Shown here one piece after another: positions 38,081-49,673 of a DNA stretch of 64,000 nucleotides. Positions within the stretch are counted from its first letter, which is position 1, and each line of letters opens with the position of its first letter. A program made the translations under genes and the position numbers. The notes under the pieces are model-generated. The model was given only the letters and a program-made list of their open reading frames with translations. It made no database searches and was not told where the DNA came from. Source of the stretch: Azolla caroliniana (lineage: Eukaryota > Plantae > Polypodiophyta); NCBI GenBank assembly GCA_043228905.1, contig JBHGNT010000004.1:7688001-7752000 (forward strand). Reading direction: 5' to 3'.

Positions 38081-41000
38081 TCTCACACATACACACACAT
38101 ATCACATAATCTTCCGCTTAACTTAATCACATAATTAGTCACTAATTAACCCATACTTAATTACTTACCTAATTATTAACATGGTATCAAAGCGTGTGGT
38201 TTAGAAAATCCACTAAGCCCACCCGACTCCGTGCCGCTACGTAGCATGTGTACGTGATCAAAGGAAGAAAAGCAAAAGAAGAGAAGACACCATCAACATG
38301 AACACACAAATGGGTAGCTCGCTACCTAGTAAAAAGCTAGACCAGAGCAATTATTCATCTTGGGAGTACAAGATGACCCAATACCTCGTCGGCCAAGGGT
38401 ATTGGAACTACATGAACGATGCGAAAATTGACTACACTCAAAGAACGCTGACTACGCAACATGGGAGCAAGCGGCGAATCGAGTCATGTATTGCTTCACA
38501 ACATGTGTCCATGACCACATGCTTAGCCACATTCGAGATGCCAAGACGCCTAAAGAAGCGTGGGTGAACTTAAAGAAAATGTTCGCTGCCAACACAACCG
38601 CCCGAAAGCTTTAACTTCGACAAGAGTTGAACAACATTCAGCAAAAAGACATGTCCGTGTCGGACTACACCACCAAGATCAAGAGCATTTGCGACTCGCT
38701 TGGCTCCATCAAAATAAATGTCGACGAAGACGAGATGGTTGAAGTATGCTTGGGCGGCCTCGCACAACGATTCGATCCATTACGGACATCAATCTTGGCG
38801 AGAGAAAACCCTTCTTCATTCTTCGACCTCAAATCAATGCTATTGGTTGAAGAGAACCATGTCCGAACCTCGGAAGGACAAATGTTCTTCTCGAATTCAG
38901 ACAGTGGACGAGGAGGAGGTCACGACGGTGGAAGAGGTCAATTCGACCCATCACACGAAGGGAACTCAAACCTTCACAGAAGCCATCGAGGAACCTTCGA
39001 AAGAAGGGGGAGCTACCACGCTGAACATGGTCGGCAAATGAGGCCCACAACTTGCAACTATTGCGGCAAAATCGGCCACCACAAAAAGGAATGCCGAAAA
39101 AGAAGAAGCGAGTCGGCTTCCACAAGTCGACACACGAATTACACCGTCATCTCCGAATACGATGATTACGGCGAACTATTCGTAATGAGGCATAGAGCGA
39201 ACTCTATGTTGGCCTCCAACTTTGCAAGCACCTCCAACTCGGAAGACGTGTGGTTTGTCGACTCCGATGCCTCACATCAAATGACATCTCACGAAGAGTG
39301 GTTTCGTGATTTACGAACGCCGGATCGACCCGGCTTCATAGAGATGGGAGACAACACCACGCACCCCATTCGACACATTGGCAATGTCCCATTCGGGAAA
39401 GAAGGTGAGCAAACTTTCATCAAGAATGTCTTGCACATGCCCACAATAACGAATAATTTGGTCTCGGTCGGCCAAATCGTGGACCAAGGCATGTAAGTCC
39501 GCTTCAACAATGAAGGTTGTTTCATTGAGAAAGATGGCTGACTCATAGCTAAGGGGCGAAGAGACGGCTGAATGTTCATCTTTGATTCGAACGAGGTGAA
39601 ATCGGCAATGTACGCCAAAGGTCTCAAAACCGAGACAAGCATCAAGTTGTGGCACAAGAGAATCGGCCACATAAACCTCTAACGGCTTCGAGCGATGCAA
39701 ACCAAGGGAGTCGTCATCGGACTTCCGACATTCGAGTCGAAATGAGTCAACCGAGTATGCGAAGTGTGTCAAGTCGGAAAACAACATCGACTCCCATTCC
39801 TGAAGGAGAGCCACACAAGCAAAGGCCTCCTTGACGTCATACACTCGGATGTATGGGGACTGGCTCAAATGCCGACGATCGGCGAATGCTAATACTATGT
39901 AATCTTCATCGACGACTACTTGCGCTACGCGTGGATCTACCCGATGAAGAAGAAGCGCGAAGTGTTCTCCCACTTCCAAAAGCTCAAGGGGCAAGTCGAA
40001 AAAGAAACTGGTCAGCACATTCGATGCCTACGATTGGATGGAGGCAAGGAGTACTGCTCCGACGAGTTCACCTCCTACCTCTAAAAGTGAAGGCATTCGA
40101 AGAGAATTCTCGTGCCGACACACACCCCAAAAAAATGGAGTCGCCGAAAGGAAGAATCGGCAAATACTCGAGGTAACATGCGCCATGATGCATGAGAAGC
40201 ACATGTGGAACTTCTATTGGGCCGAAGCAACATCCACAACCGTCTATCTCATGAATCGATGCACCACTAATGGAGTGCATGAGCTAACTCCATACGAGCT
40301 CCTCATCGGAAGGAAGCCGATCCTGTCGCACCTCAAGGTGTTCGGAAGCATTGTGAATGTATAGATCCTGAATGAACAACGACAGATGCCCAACGCGAAG
40401 TCGGAGGAATGTATCCTCATAGGATACTTGTCTGAGAAGAAAGCATATAAGTGCTACAAGCCTTCTACCCAAGCGGTTCGGGTAAGTCGAGACGTAGTCT
40501 TCGATGAATCCACATCCTGGTATGCACCAGAGACAACTTCGACTCTGACTCCGCTCGACTCGGAAACCGCCGAACAAGAGGTAGAAGATGGAGATTGCGT
40601 CGAACACATGTTCGAAGAAAGTATGATTACGGCAAGGCCTACTGGGCCACAAGAGCCCCCACGCGATCCAAGCACGTAGCGGACAAGTACGAACTTGGAC
40701 AAAGGCAAAGGTAAAAAGCCCGAATACAAAGTCGACCACCCCAACGACAATGATTTGGATGGATCGGCTCCCTCACTAGACAGTGAGTTCGATGTACCCA
40801 TCATGCGTACACCCGGAGTAATGAAGGCGCTCACATCGGCGAGCGAAAAACTTTGACGCTCTTCTAGAGAGAAGAATCTCGTCGCCCAACTCGGCTACAA
40901 CGAGTACATGGCCCATCACTATGCCTTTGCAATGAAGGTAGCGACCGAACAAGAGCCCAAGAGCTCCACCGAAGCGGCTCGTAACCCACGATGGGTGGAA

Positions 41001-41480
41001 GTAATTGACCTTCACCCACACACTACAAGCCTTCGTCACCGGCTTGAGGAGGAGGAACCGAGATTGACACGACGAAGAAAGCCGAAGTCCGGACGGAAGC
41101 ACACGAAGCTGACAAAAGCCAAGGCAGATGTCGGACGCCTCACACTTGAGCTTGAGGGGGTGTGTTGAGAGATCAAGCTCAACTAGAGTTAGTTAGTTAG
41201 TCAACCATGTAACTTCGTAGTTACCTAGATAGAATCTAGTTAGAAGTGTTGACTATAACGACTTAAATAGGACCTTGTACTTAAGTGGGATATTCTAGAC
41301 CCTCCACTCCTAAGTACATTTAATATAGGACTTACACCTTAGTACCTATATTCCACTCACACATGTGCACCTTTGCACATGAGATGTATATATACCTCAT
41401 TGTGGGTATTTTTGGTTTTGATGATGATAATGCTAATTTAATATACTTACTCATCCCCCATCTTGTGTTGTTCATAAGTG

Positions 41481-41528
<48 letters not shown>

Positions 41529-44051
41529 TCACACATACATACACATATCACATAATCTTCCACTTAAGTTAATCACATAATTAGGCACTAATTAACCCAT
41601 ACTTAATTACTTACCTAATTATTAATAGGGACTAGCCTAGATGACAACATTTGGTGGTTGTTGATATTATGTGACATTTATCGATGACTTCTCAAGGCAT
41701 ACCTAGATTTACCCTATGTGGCAAAAGAGCGAAGTGTTCAGACACTTCCAAAAGTTTAAAAAAGAAGTTGAAAAATCCACAAGTCGGCATGTTCGATTCC
41801 TTCGATCGGATGGAGGCAAGGAACATTTTTGGGAAAAATTTACAGCGTATCTCCGAAAGGAAGGAATTCAATGAGAATTCTAATGTTGACACACCTCAAC
41901 AAAACGGAGTGGCCGAACGCAAGAATCGGCACATAGTGGAGGTGGCAAGGGCAATGATGAACAAGAAGAACCTACCAAAATCATACTAGGCAGAAAAGGC
42001 TAACATAGCCGTCTATCTCATGAACAAGTGTACAACCTCTGAGGTACACGACGTAACCCCTCATGAGAAGTTCTTCGAAAAGAAGCCAGATTTATCCCAC
42101 GTACGAATATTCAGCTCAATCGCATATGTACACATTCCTGATGAGAAGCGACAAAAGCTTGATCTGAAGTAGGAGAAATGTATCCTCGTAGGGTACTCGC
42201 TTGAGCAAAAGGGGTACAAGTGTTACAATCCATCCATCCGAAAAGTTCGAGTGAGTCGAGACGTCATTTTCGACAAGTCAACATCTTGGTACAAACCAGA
42301 GACGCCTGTGATTCTGACCACAATCGACCCAGATTCGGCCCAAGACATAGAAGACAAAGATCGAACCAGGCAGATGTTTGAAGAAAGTCCGGTTACGACA
42401 AGGTTGAGTGGACCACAAGAGCCCCTAAGTGACCAAAGTACATCTCGGCCAAGTCCGACGCTAGATAAAGGAAAGGCCAAAATGCCGGAATATGAAGATC
42501 TGATCGACAACGAGTTAATTGACTCCCTTGACAGTGAGTTCAAAGGCCTTGACATCCCAATCATGTGGAGGAATGGAGAAAAGAAAGCCATAGTCTTTGC
42601 AAACGAGAAGCTCCGTCGCTCCACCCGAGAGAAAAACTCGGTTGTCCACTTCGACTATGATGAGTATATGGCATATCATTATGCCTTTATGTTAAGAGAT
42701 CAACCTCAACTTAGTTTAGTTAGTTAGTCAACCATGTAACTTCGTAGTTACCTAGATAGAATCTAGTTAGAATTGTTGCCTATAACGCCTTAAATACGAC
42801 CTTGTACTTAAATAGGAAACGATGGCCAAAACAATTACATCAAGAATGTCTTGCACATGCCCACAATAACAAATAATTTGGTCTCGGTCGGCCAAATCGT
42901 GGAGCAAAGCATGTAAGTCCACTTCAACAATGAAGGTTGTTTCATTGAGAAAGATGGCCGACTCATAGCCATGGGACGGAGAGACGGTCGAATGTTCATC
43001 CTCGATTTGAACGAGGTGAAATCGGCCATGTATGCCAAAGGTCTCAAAACCGAGACAAGCATCGGGTTGTGCCACAAAAGAATCGGCCACATAAACCTCC
43101 AAGGACTTCGAGCAATGCAATCAAAGGGAGTCATCATCGGACTTTCGACTTCGAGTCGAAACGAGTATGTGAAGCATCTCAACTCGGCAAACAACATCAA
43201 CTCCCATTCCCGAAGGAGAGCTCCGCAAGAAAAGGTCTCCTCGACGTCATACAGTTGGATGTATGGGAACCGGCTCAAACGCCGATGATCGGTGGATGCC
43301 GATAATACGTAACCTTCATCGACGACTACTCCTGCTACACATGGATCTTTCCGATGAAGAAGAAGAGCAAAGTGCTCTCCCACTTCCAAAAGCTCAAGGG
43401 CCAAGTCGAGAAAGAAACCGGTTGGCACATTCGATGCCTACGATTGGATGGAGGAAAGGAGTACTTCTCCAATGAATTCAACTCCCACCTCCAAAGTGAT
43501 GGCATTCCGAAAGAATTCTTGTGCCAACACACACCCCAACAAAATGGAGTCGCCGAAAGGAAGAATCGGCAAATACTCGAGGTAGAACGCACCATGATGC
43601 ATGAGAAGCACATGCCGAACTTCTATTGGGACGAAGCGGCATCCACGGCCGTCTATTGCATGAATCGATGCGCCACTAATGGCGTGCATGAGCTTACCCC
43701 ATATGAGCTCCTTGTTGGAAGGAAACCGATCATGTCGCACCTCAAGGTGTTTGGAAACATTGCAAATGTACGCATCTTGAACGAAGAATGACAGAAGCCC
43801 AACACGAAGTCAGAGAAATGTATCCTCATAGGATACTGATATGAGAAGAAGGCATACAAGTGCTTCAACCCCTCAACCCGAGTGGTTCGGATAAGTCGGG
43901 ATGTAGTCTTTGACGAATCGGCATCATGGTATAAGCCCGATTTGACTCCACCCGACCCGACCGAGGAAGAGTTGAATGTCAACTCGGAGGATGATATTCG
44001 GCCAAGCCCTTCACCAAAGGACCTTCCAAGCTATACCGAGCTAAGTGGACC

Positions 44052-44237
44052 TATTGAGAATCGAACTCAACTTCCCATAGGAATAGGTTCACACTAGCCC
44101 ATGGACATACCAGGCTACTTTTGTAAATAGTAGAAAGGGCGCTTGCCCTAGCTTAGTTGGTATATAAACCAACTCATTGTAACTTAGTTTGTGTTGGAAA
44201 TCTTATGTAATATACAGTCTTGATTATCTCTGTCTTG

Positions 44238-44290
<53 letters not shown>

Positions 44291-45923
44291 AAGTGAATAT
44301 ATGCTTGCAATTTCCCGAATTTATGAGAAGGTTATATGTTGTGTGCGCATGAGAGAAAAACTTTCAGCTTTTTTCAAAAGCACTATTGGTGTTAAGCAAG
44401 GATGCCCACTCTCACCAACACTATTTGGTCTATGCATTGATGAATTGGAAGAAATGGTTACCAAGTTTGCAAAGGAAGAATGTGTTGAAGAAGTTGCCAT
44501 TGGGAATGTTGTGATTATGCTTTTGCTATATGCAGATGATGTAGTGCTTTTTGCAAATACTTTAGGAGATGCACAAAAGCTTATGAAGGCATTGCAAAAA
44601 ATTTGCATGCATACTAAATTAAGTGTCAATAGCTCTAAAACAAAGATTATTCTTGTGAAGAGCCAAAAAAGAGATAAACCATGCATTATGTACAACAATG
44701 AGCCACTTGAATGTGTGGAAAGCTTCAAATATCTTGGCCTTAAAGTTCCTTCAAATCATAGATGGAATGAATGTGCTACACGCCGCTTAGAGGCGGGCAA
44801 ACGAGCATACTATGCATTTGAGAACACATGCAATCTTGGAGATAGTAAGTGTTAGGTCCTCAAGAAATATCTTTTCGACACTTTGGTGACACCGGTTCTT
44901 CTCTATGGGGTGGAAGTATGGGGCGGTAGCATCCCTAAATCTATGTGGAAAGAGTTTGAAAATGTCCAAAAGCATTTTCTTACCAAGTTTCTACAAGTTA
45001 AGAAACAAACGCCCTACACCCTCCTCCTCCTTGAGACGGGATTGCTTCCCATTGAGATCATGGCCATGGAAAGGGTTGTTGAATACATGCTTAAGGTTCA
45101 AAAAAGTCCCTCACATCGACTTCCTAGAATTGCGTGGGAAGCAAGCAAAAAGATCCAAAAGACGCATAAAAGCAAAATTTTGTGTTCCCGTTGGATGCAA
45201 GATATAGAAAAATGGTTTGGTAGATGGGATGCGAGACACTTGCTTCATGATGCCTCATTAGATTCCTCTATAAATGAGGCATTTTTGCAACGCCAATGTA
45301 TCATGACATGGGACAAATGTGGAGGCTCACGCTTCACACATTATACTACACATGTTGCACCTAACTACAAAACCATATTCTTTGCGGAACGGGGAAATCG
45401 TACACATCCATACATGTTAGAGCCCATACCGTTATCTACCATTCGAACCATTGCTTCCATGCGACTTAGCTCACATGCATTGCGATGTGAAACAGGGCGT
45501 TGGGGTACAAGTGATGAGAGTGGTCGGCTATGCACACTTTGCCCTAAACAAGTTCACGAGTTTGAGTAGCACACTTTGATACAATGCTCTGCCTTTGATC
45601 ATATTCGACCATGCTTTCCACATCTCTTCGATCGAGCCCAATCTTTGCATGAATTCCTCTCACAACCACAATGTGCACTCTCGATTGCAACATTCATTGG
45701 TAAAGTTCTTGAACATCGAGAGTCACTACTCACTTTCACACGTGTCACGTGAAATGTAATATTTTTGGTCTCATAGGTCATATTTGACCTCCGAAGACGA
45801 TAATATAATCTATCTATCTATCTATCTATCTATCGCTCTCTCTGTTGCTACACACACACACACACACACATAGTCTCTCATCTTCCGCTGCATTACAATC
45901 ACCACAGACTCCATTTCTTAACA
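44052..45923 (+). mobile_element. Solo LTR F of the A family, split by a LINE
   Basis: TSD GGACC at 44047-44051 and 45924-45928. Starts TATTGAGAATCGAACTCAACTTCCCA (A LTR: TGTTGAGAATCGAACTCAACTTCCCA) and ends CCATTTCTTAACA. Confidence 0.9.
44288..45834 (+). mobile_element. 5'-truncated non-LTR retrotransposon, RTE-X-like, inserted in a (CT)n tract, with a (TATC)n tail
   Basis: RT motifs GVKQGCPLSPTLF, LLYADDVVL, FKYLG and LLYGVEVWG. The C-terminus reads MRLSSHALRCETGRW..RLCTLC..EFE*HTLIQC. Two in-frame stops. Short 3' UTR ends in (TATC)n at ~45808-45834. GCTCTCTCT occurs on both sides. Confidence 0.85.
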
Positions 45924-47342
45924 GGACCACACAAGCCTTCAAGCCTTCCAAGCACGTCGCGACCAAGTACGATCTTGGATAAAGGCAAAGGTAAGATGCC
46001 CGAATACAAAGTCGATCACCCCAACGATAGTGATTCGGATGTGTCAACTCCCTCACTAAACAGTGAGTTTGGTGTACCCATCATGCGGACACCCGGAGTA
46101 AAGAAGGCGCTCACATTGGCAAGCGAAAAACTTCGACGTTCTTCTAGAGAGAAGAATCGCGTCACTCGGCTCGGCTTCAACAAGTACATGGCCCATCATT
46201 ATGCTTTTGCGATGAAGGTAATGGCCGAACAAGAGTCTGAGCGCTCTACAGAAGTGGCTCGTGACCCACGATGGGTGAAAGCAGTTGACCCAAACCTTCA
46301 TCATAGGCTTGAGGGGGAGGAACCGAAACTACCACGACAATACCGACGCCACAAAAGCTGACATCGAAAGCCCCAGACAACCAAGCAGAATCGGATGTTG
46401 GATGCCTCACACTTGAGATTGAGGGGGCGTGTTAAGAGATCAAGCTCAACTTAGTTTAGTTAGTTAGTCAACCATGTAACTTCGTAGTTACCTAGATAGA
46501 ATATTGTTAGAAGTGTTGACTATAACGCCTTAAATAGGACCTTGTACTTAGTGGGATATTCTAGATCCTCCACTCCCAAGTACATTTAATATAGGACTTA
46601 CACCCTTATACCTATATTCTCCTCACAAATGTGCACCCTTGCACATGAGATCTATATATACCTCATTGTGGGTGTTTTTGTATTTGATGATGCTAATTTA
46701 ATATAGAGATAATCATCCCCCATCTTATGTTGTTCATAAGTGTATCTTCCTCTCTCTCTCTTCCTCTCACACACATACACACACATATCACATAATCTTC
46801 CGCGCTTAACTTAATCACATAATTAGGTATGAATTAACCCTTGCTTAATTACCTAATTCTTAACACTTTATGATGAAGGGGGCGATAGTCCAAGAACCAG
46901 AAACCTTTTCTAAGGTAGCCAAGGATCCACGATGGATTGAAGCTATGAATGAAGAAATACATGCTCCATGCAAAAACGAGACATGGAACTGCATCCCCCA
47001 TTCTCCAGACAAGAAAGTGATCAGCTATAGATGAATCTTGTAGCGATTGACCGACGACTCGGTCAATCGCTACAAGGCACGACTCGTAGCCAAGGGATAT
47101 GTTAAACACACGAAGTCGATTATGACAAGACCTTTGCTCCGGTGGCAAAGATGACGACTGTTCGGATAGTAATTGCTCTCGCAGCTGCAAAAAGGCGGCA
47201 CCTCCACCAAATGGATGTAAAGAACGCCTTCCTCCAAGGCGAATTAGAAGAGGAGGTTTTCACCACCTGATTTTGAATTGGCCAAACACACGACAACAGC
47301 TTGCCGACTCAAGAAGCCGCTATATGGACTCAAGCAAGCATG

Positions 47343-48453
47343 TGTTGTCGTTGCATGGCTCGCCTAGAAGCGTAACGTTGCGTAGACAGAAGACAACGTG
47401 AAAGTGAGGAAGGAATCGCTGGGATTTTGGATGGAAGAGACGAAAGAGTGGAAATAGATAAATAGTGATCAACAAGATATGACAAGATAGGATGTAAAAT
47501 GATAATTGAGGGAACGTAAGAAATTTATAATTATTTCATGAAAGAGTTAGAAAATGGTTGCGAGTGTTGTTGAACCGTCGAACTTTGTCTCACAAGGTAG
47601 TCGCTCTTCTCTTTCTTGATAGTAGACCACAATCTTCCCTTCTATCTTTCGATGAGGATAAGAGTCGAACCTCCGCCTTTTCGTTGCAAGTTGAGCACCG
47701 CCACTGCCAAGCTAGTTCTGCTCTTGTCTTTTGAAGATTGTATATAGCTTTTGCCTTCTCTTCCTCTTTCTCTATTATGATATCTCTTACAATATAATTT
47801 CGCTCAATTCCATACAATAATTCTATTCAATATGATTGATTGATTCCTTGATATCCTTGTGACTATACTCCCTTCTCCTTTTATAGGAAGGGGATGGTTT
47901 TGCATGTGAGCCATATGTCACACATGCAAAGAGGGCTCTTGCATGTGTGTTATATGGTGCACATGTAGTACATTACATGGTTGAGACTATACAATGCTAC
48001 TTCAAATAAAACAACACATTTTTTTTATGCATATAATTAGTATTGGCTAAATGGTAGGCTTTGAGGTTTATAATGTGGACATTGCTGGTTCAAATCTTCT
48101 CTCGCCCATGTAATACAATATATGGTGCACATGTAGTACATTATATGGTTTAGGATTTAAACCATACAATATTACTTCAAATAAAACAAGACATATAGTT
48201 TTATACATACTACAATTATAGGGTAAATGGTAAGGTTTTAGAGTCATAAGGTGGGGGTTATTGGTTCAAATACTCTTTGGTCCATGTAATATAATATATA
48301 TATTTTTATTTGCCTCTACATATAATGTATAATATTATCATAGTGTGTTTTTAATATTACCTTTATAAAACATTATCAAGATATATTTTATTTTAGTTAC
48401 ATATTTATCTTTTTGTAGACTTTGAATGTGAAGCTTTCTACTTCACGACAACA
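47343..48453 (-). mobile_element. ~1.1-kb solo-LTR-like insertion in the RT of element A
   Basis: It interrupts KQA..AW of the RT. Termini TGTTGTCGT..ACGACAACA form a 9-bp inverted repeat (TG..CA). There is a minus-strand TATAAAAGG near 47880 and an internal ~170-bp tandem duplication (~47950-48290). No clean 5-bp TSD. Confidence 0.65.
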
Positions 48454-49673
48454 TGCTTGGCATTCAAAGATCACCCAATATCTTCACCAAATCGGCTTTT
48501 GAATGTCAAAGTCGGACAACTCCCTGTACATCGAAAACAAGTCGAACAACCCGATTTTCATCATCCTGTATGTGGATGATCTAGTCAACGGAGGAAAGAA
48601 TCTAGCCGACATTAATAAGGTCAAATCACTCCTATCCGGTGGATTTGAAATGAAAGATATGCACAAGCTCCATTACTTCCTCAGTATCAAAGTAATTCAG
48701 ACACCAATCGGGATATTGATCTCTTAGCGGCACTACATTCTCAACTTGCTCTACAAGTTCAAGATGACTGAGTGCAAACCTATGTCTACCCCTCTCGATC
48801 GAAATCTCAAGCTCGATGCCGACTCTGGCATTATAGAGTGCAGGCCGACTCAGTACCGTCAACTAATTGGCAACTTAATCTATCTTACCATCACACAACC
48901 CGACCTTATCCATGCGCTCAGTCTACTTAGCCAATTCATGCACAAACCTGGCGATATTCATCTAGATTGTGCTAAGCTGGTACTCAAGTACATCCGTGGG
49001 ATGACGGATTATGGCATCATGTATAAGTCGGATACAATCATTCAGCTCAAAGAGTACACGAATGCAAACTGGGCTGGCTATAAGGCCAACAGACGATCGA
49101 CTTCAGGATTCGTCTTCTCCCTTGACAGTGGAGCAATCTCTTGGAGTAGCAAAAAGCAATCGATAGTCGCGCTATCGAGCACAAAGGCCGAATACAGGGG
49201 CACGACCGTCGCCGCATGCGAAGCTGTTTGGCTGGAGCAAATATTGAAGGATCTGGGTGTTCCCATCAAGGATCCGATTCTCCTATACTATGACAACATG
49301 AGCAGTATATATCAAGCTCGGAACCCGGTGTTCCACGCACAGACTAAGCATATTGAAGTACACTATCACTTCATCCGATAGTGCGTTCCGGCCGAAGATG
49401 TCGACATACAGCACGTCAACACAAACCTTCAGGTTGCCGACATCTTGACCAAGGCTTTAGGAGTCGACAACCTTGAGCAATTCACATCAAACCTTGGTCT
49501 CACAATGCACATATTGCCGAGCTTGAGGGGGAGTACCGAATAACAACCGATTAGTCAATCGAAGCCGACCAGGGGAGTCGAAGTATGATGATGACAGTCG
49601 AGCCGAACAAGGAGCTCGAAGTAATCGAACTATTGAAATCATTCTGACTATCTGAACAACACAACAGAACAAC

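Larger units (their letters stand above)
26842..41627 (+). mobile_element. Copia element B: non-autonomous GAG-PR-INT element with no RT/RNase H; 5' LTR split by element C
   Basis: TSD GGGAC at 26837-26841 and 41628-41632. 5' LTR is 26842-26993 plus 37862-38181; 3' LTR is 41163-41627 (465 bp). PBS TGGTATCAAAGC at 38182, gag ATG at 38298, CNYCGKIGHHKKEC knuckle, WFVDSDAS protease and integrase remnants. PPT GAGGGGG at 41154-41160 lies ~160 bp after the EP..RW motif. Confidence 0.92.
42690..46865 (+). mobile_element. Copia element E: second B-family (RT-less) copy with a deletion from mid 5' LTR into protease
   Basis: TSD CTTTA at 42685-42689 and 46866-46870. The 5' LTR remnant 42690-~42815 is fused to protease/integrase sequence homologous to B 39410 onward. 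3' LTR 46430-46865, preceded by GAGGGGGCG. Confidence 0.9.
24868..49673 (+). mobile_element. Copia element A (decayed, originally autonomous; host of the nest). Own sequence: 24868-26841, 41633-42689, 46871-47342, 48454-49673
   Basis: 5' LTR 24868-25150 (TG..CA) and PBS TGGTGTCAAAGC at 25151. Gag (KLDRTNFASWEYKMHQYL), zinc-knuckle remnant and protease follow. Integrase rejoins across B (DVWG|..FGGC*YYVTFIDDFSR) and RT rejoins across E and the 47343 insert ([16 protein letters not shown]). RNase H (STSGFVF..ISWSSKKQ..TKHIEVHYHF) ends at LRG with GAGGGGGAG at ~49525. The 3' LTR is missing; the sequence is cut by the hAT remnant. Confidence 0.9.

Noticed and set aside
26837-45928. Shared GGAC core in two TSDs (GGGAC, GGACC) suggesting sequence-specific targeting
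   Set aside because: The two insertions are from different families, and the other TSDs (CTAAG, ACAGG, CTTTA) do not share it.
47343-48453. Insert interpreted as a TIR DNA transposon
   Set aside because: The inverted termini are only 9 bp and of TG..CA type, with a TATA-containing interior. A solo LTR fits better, although the TSD is unclear.
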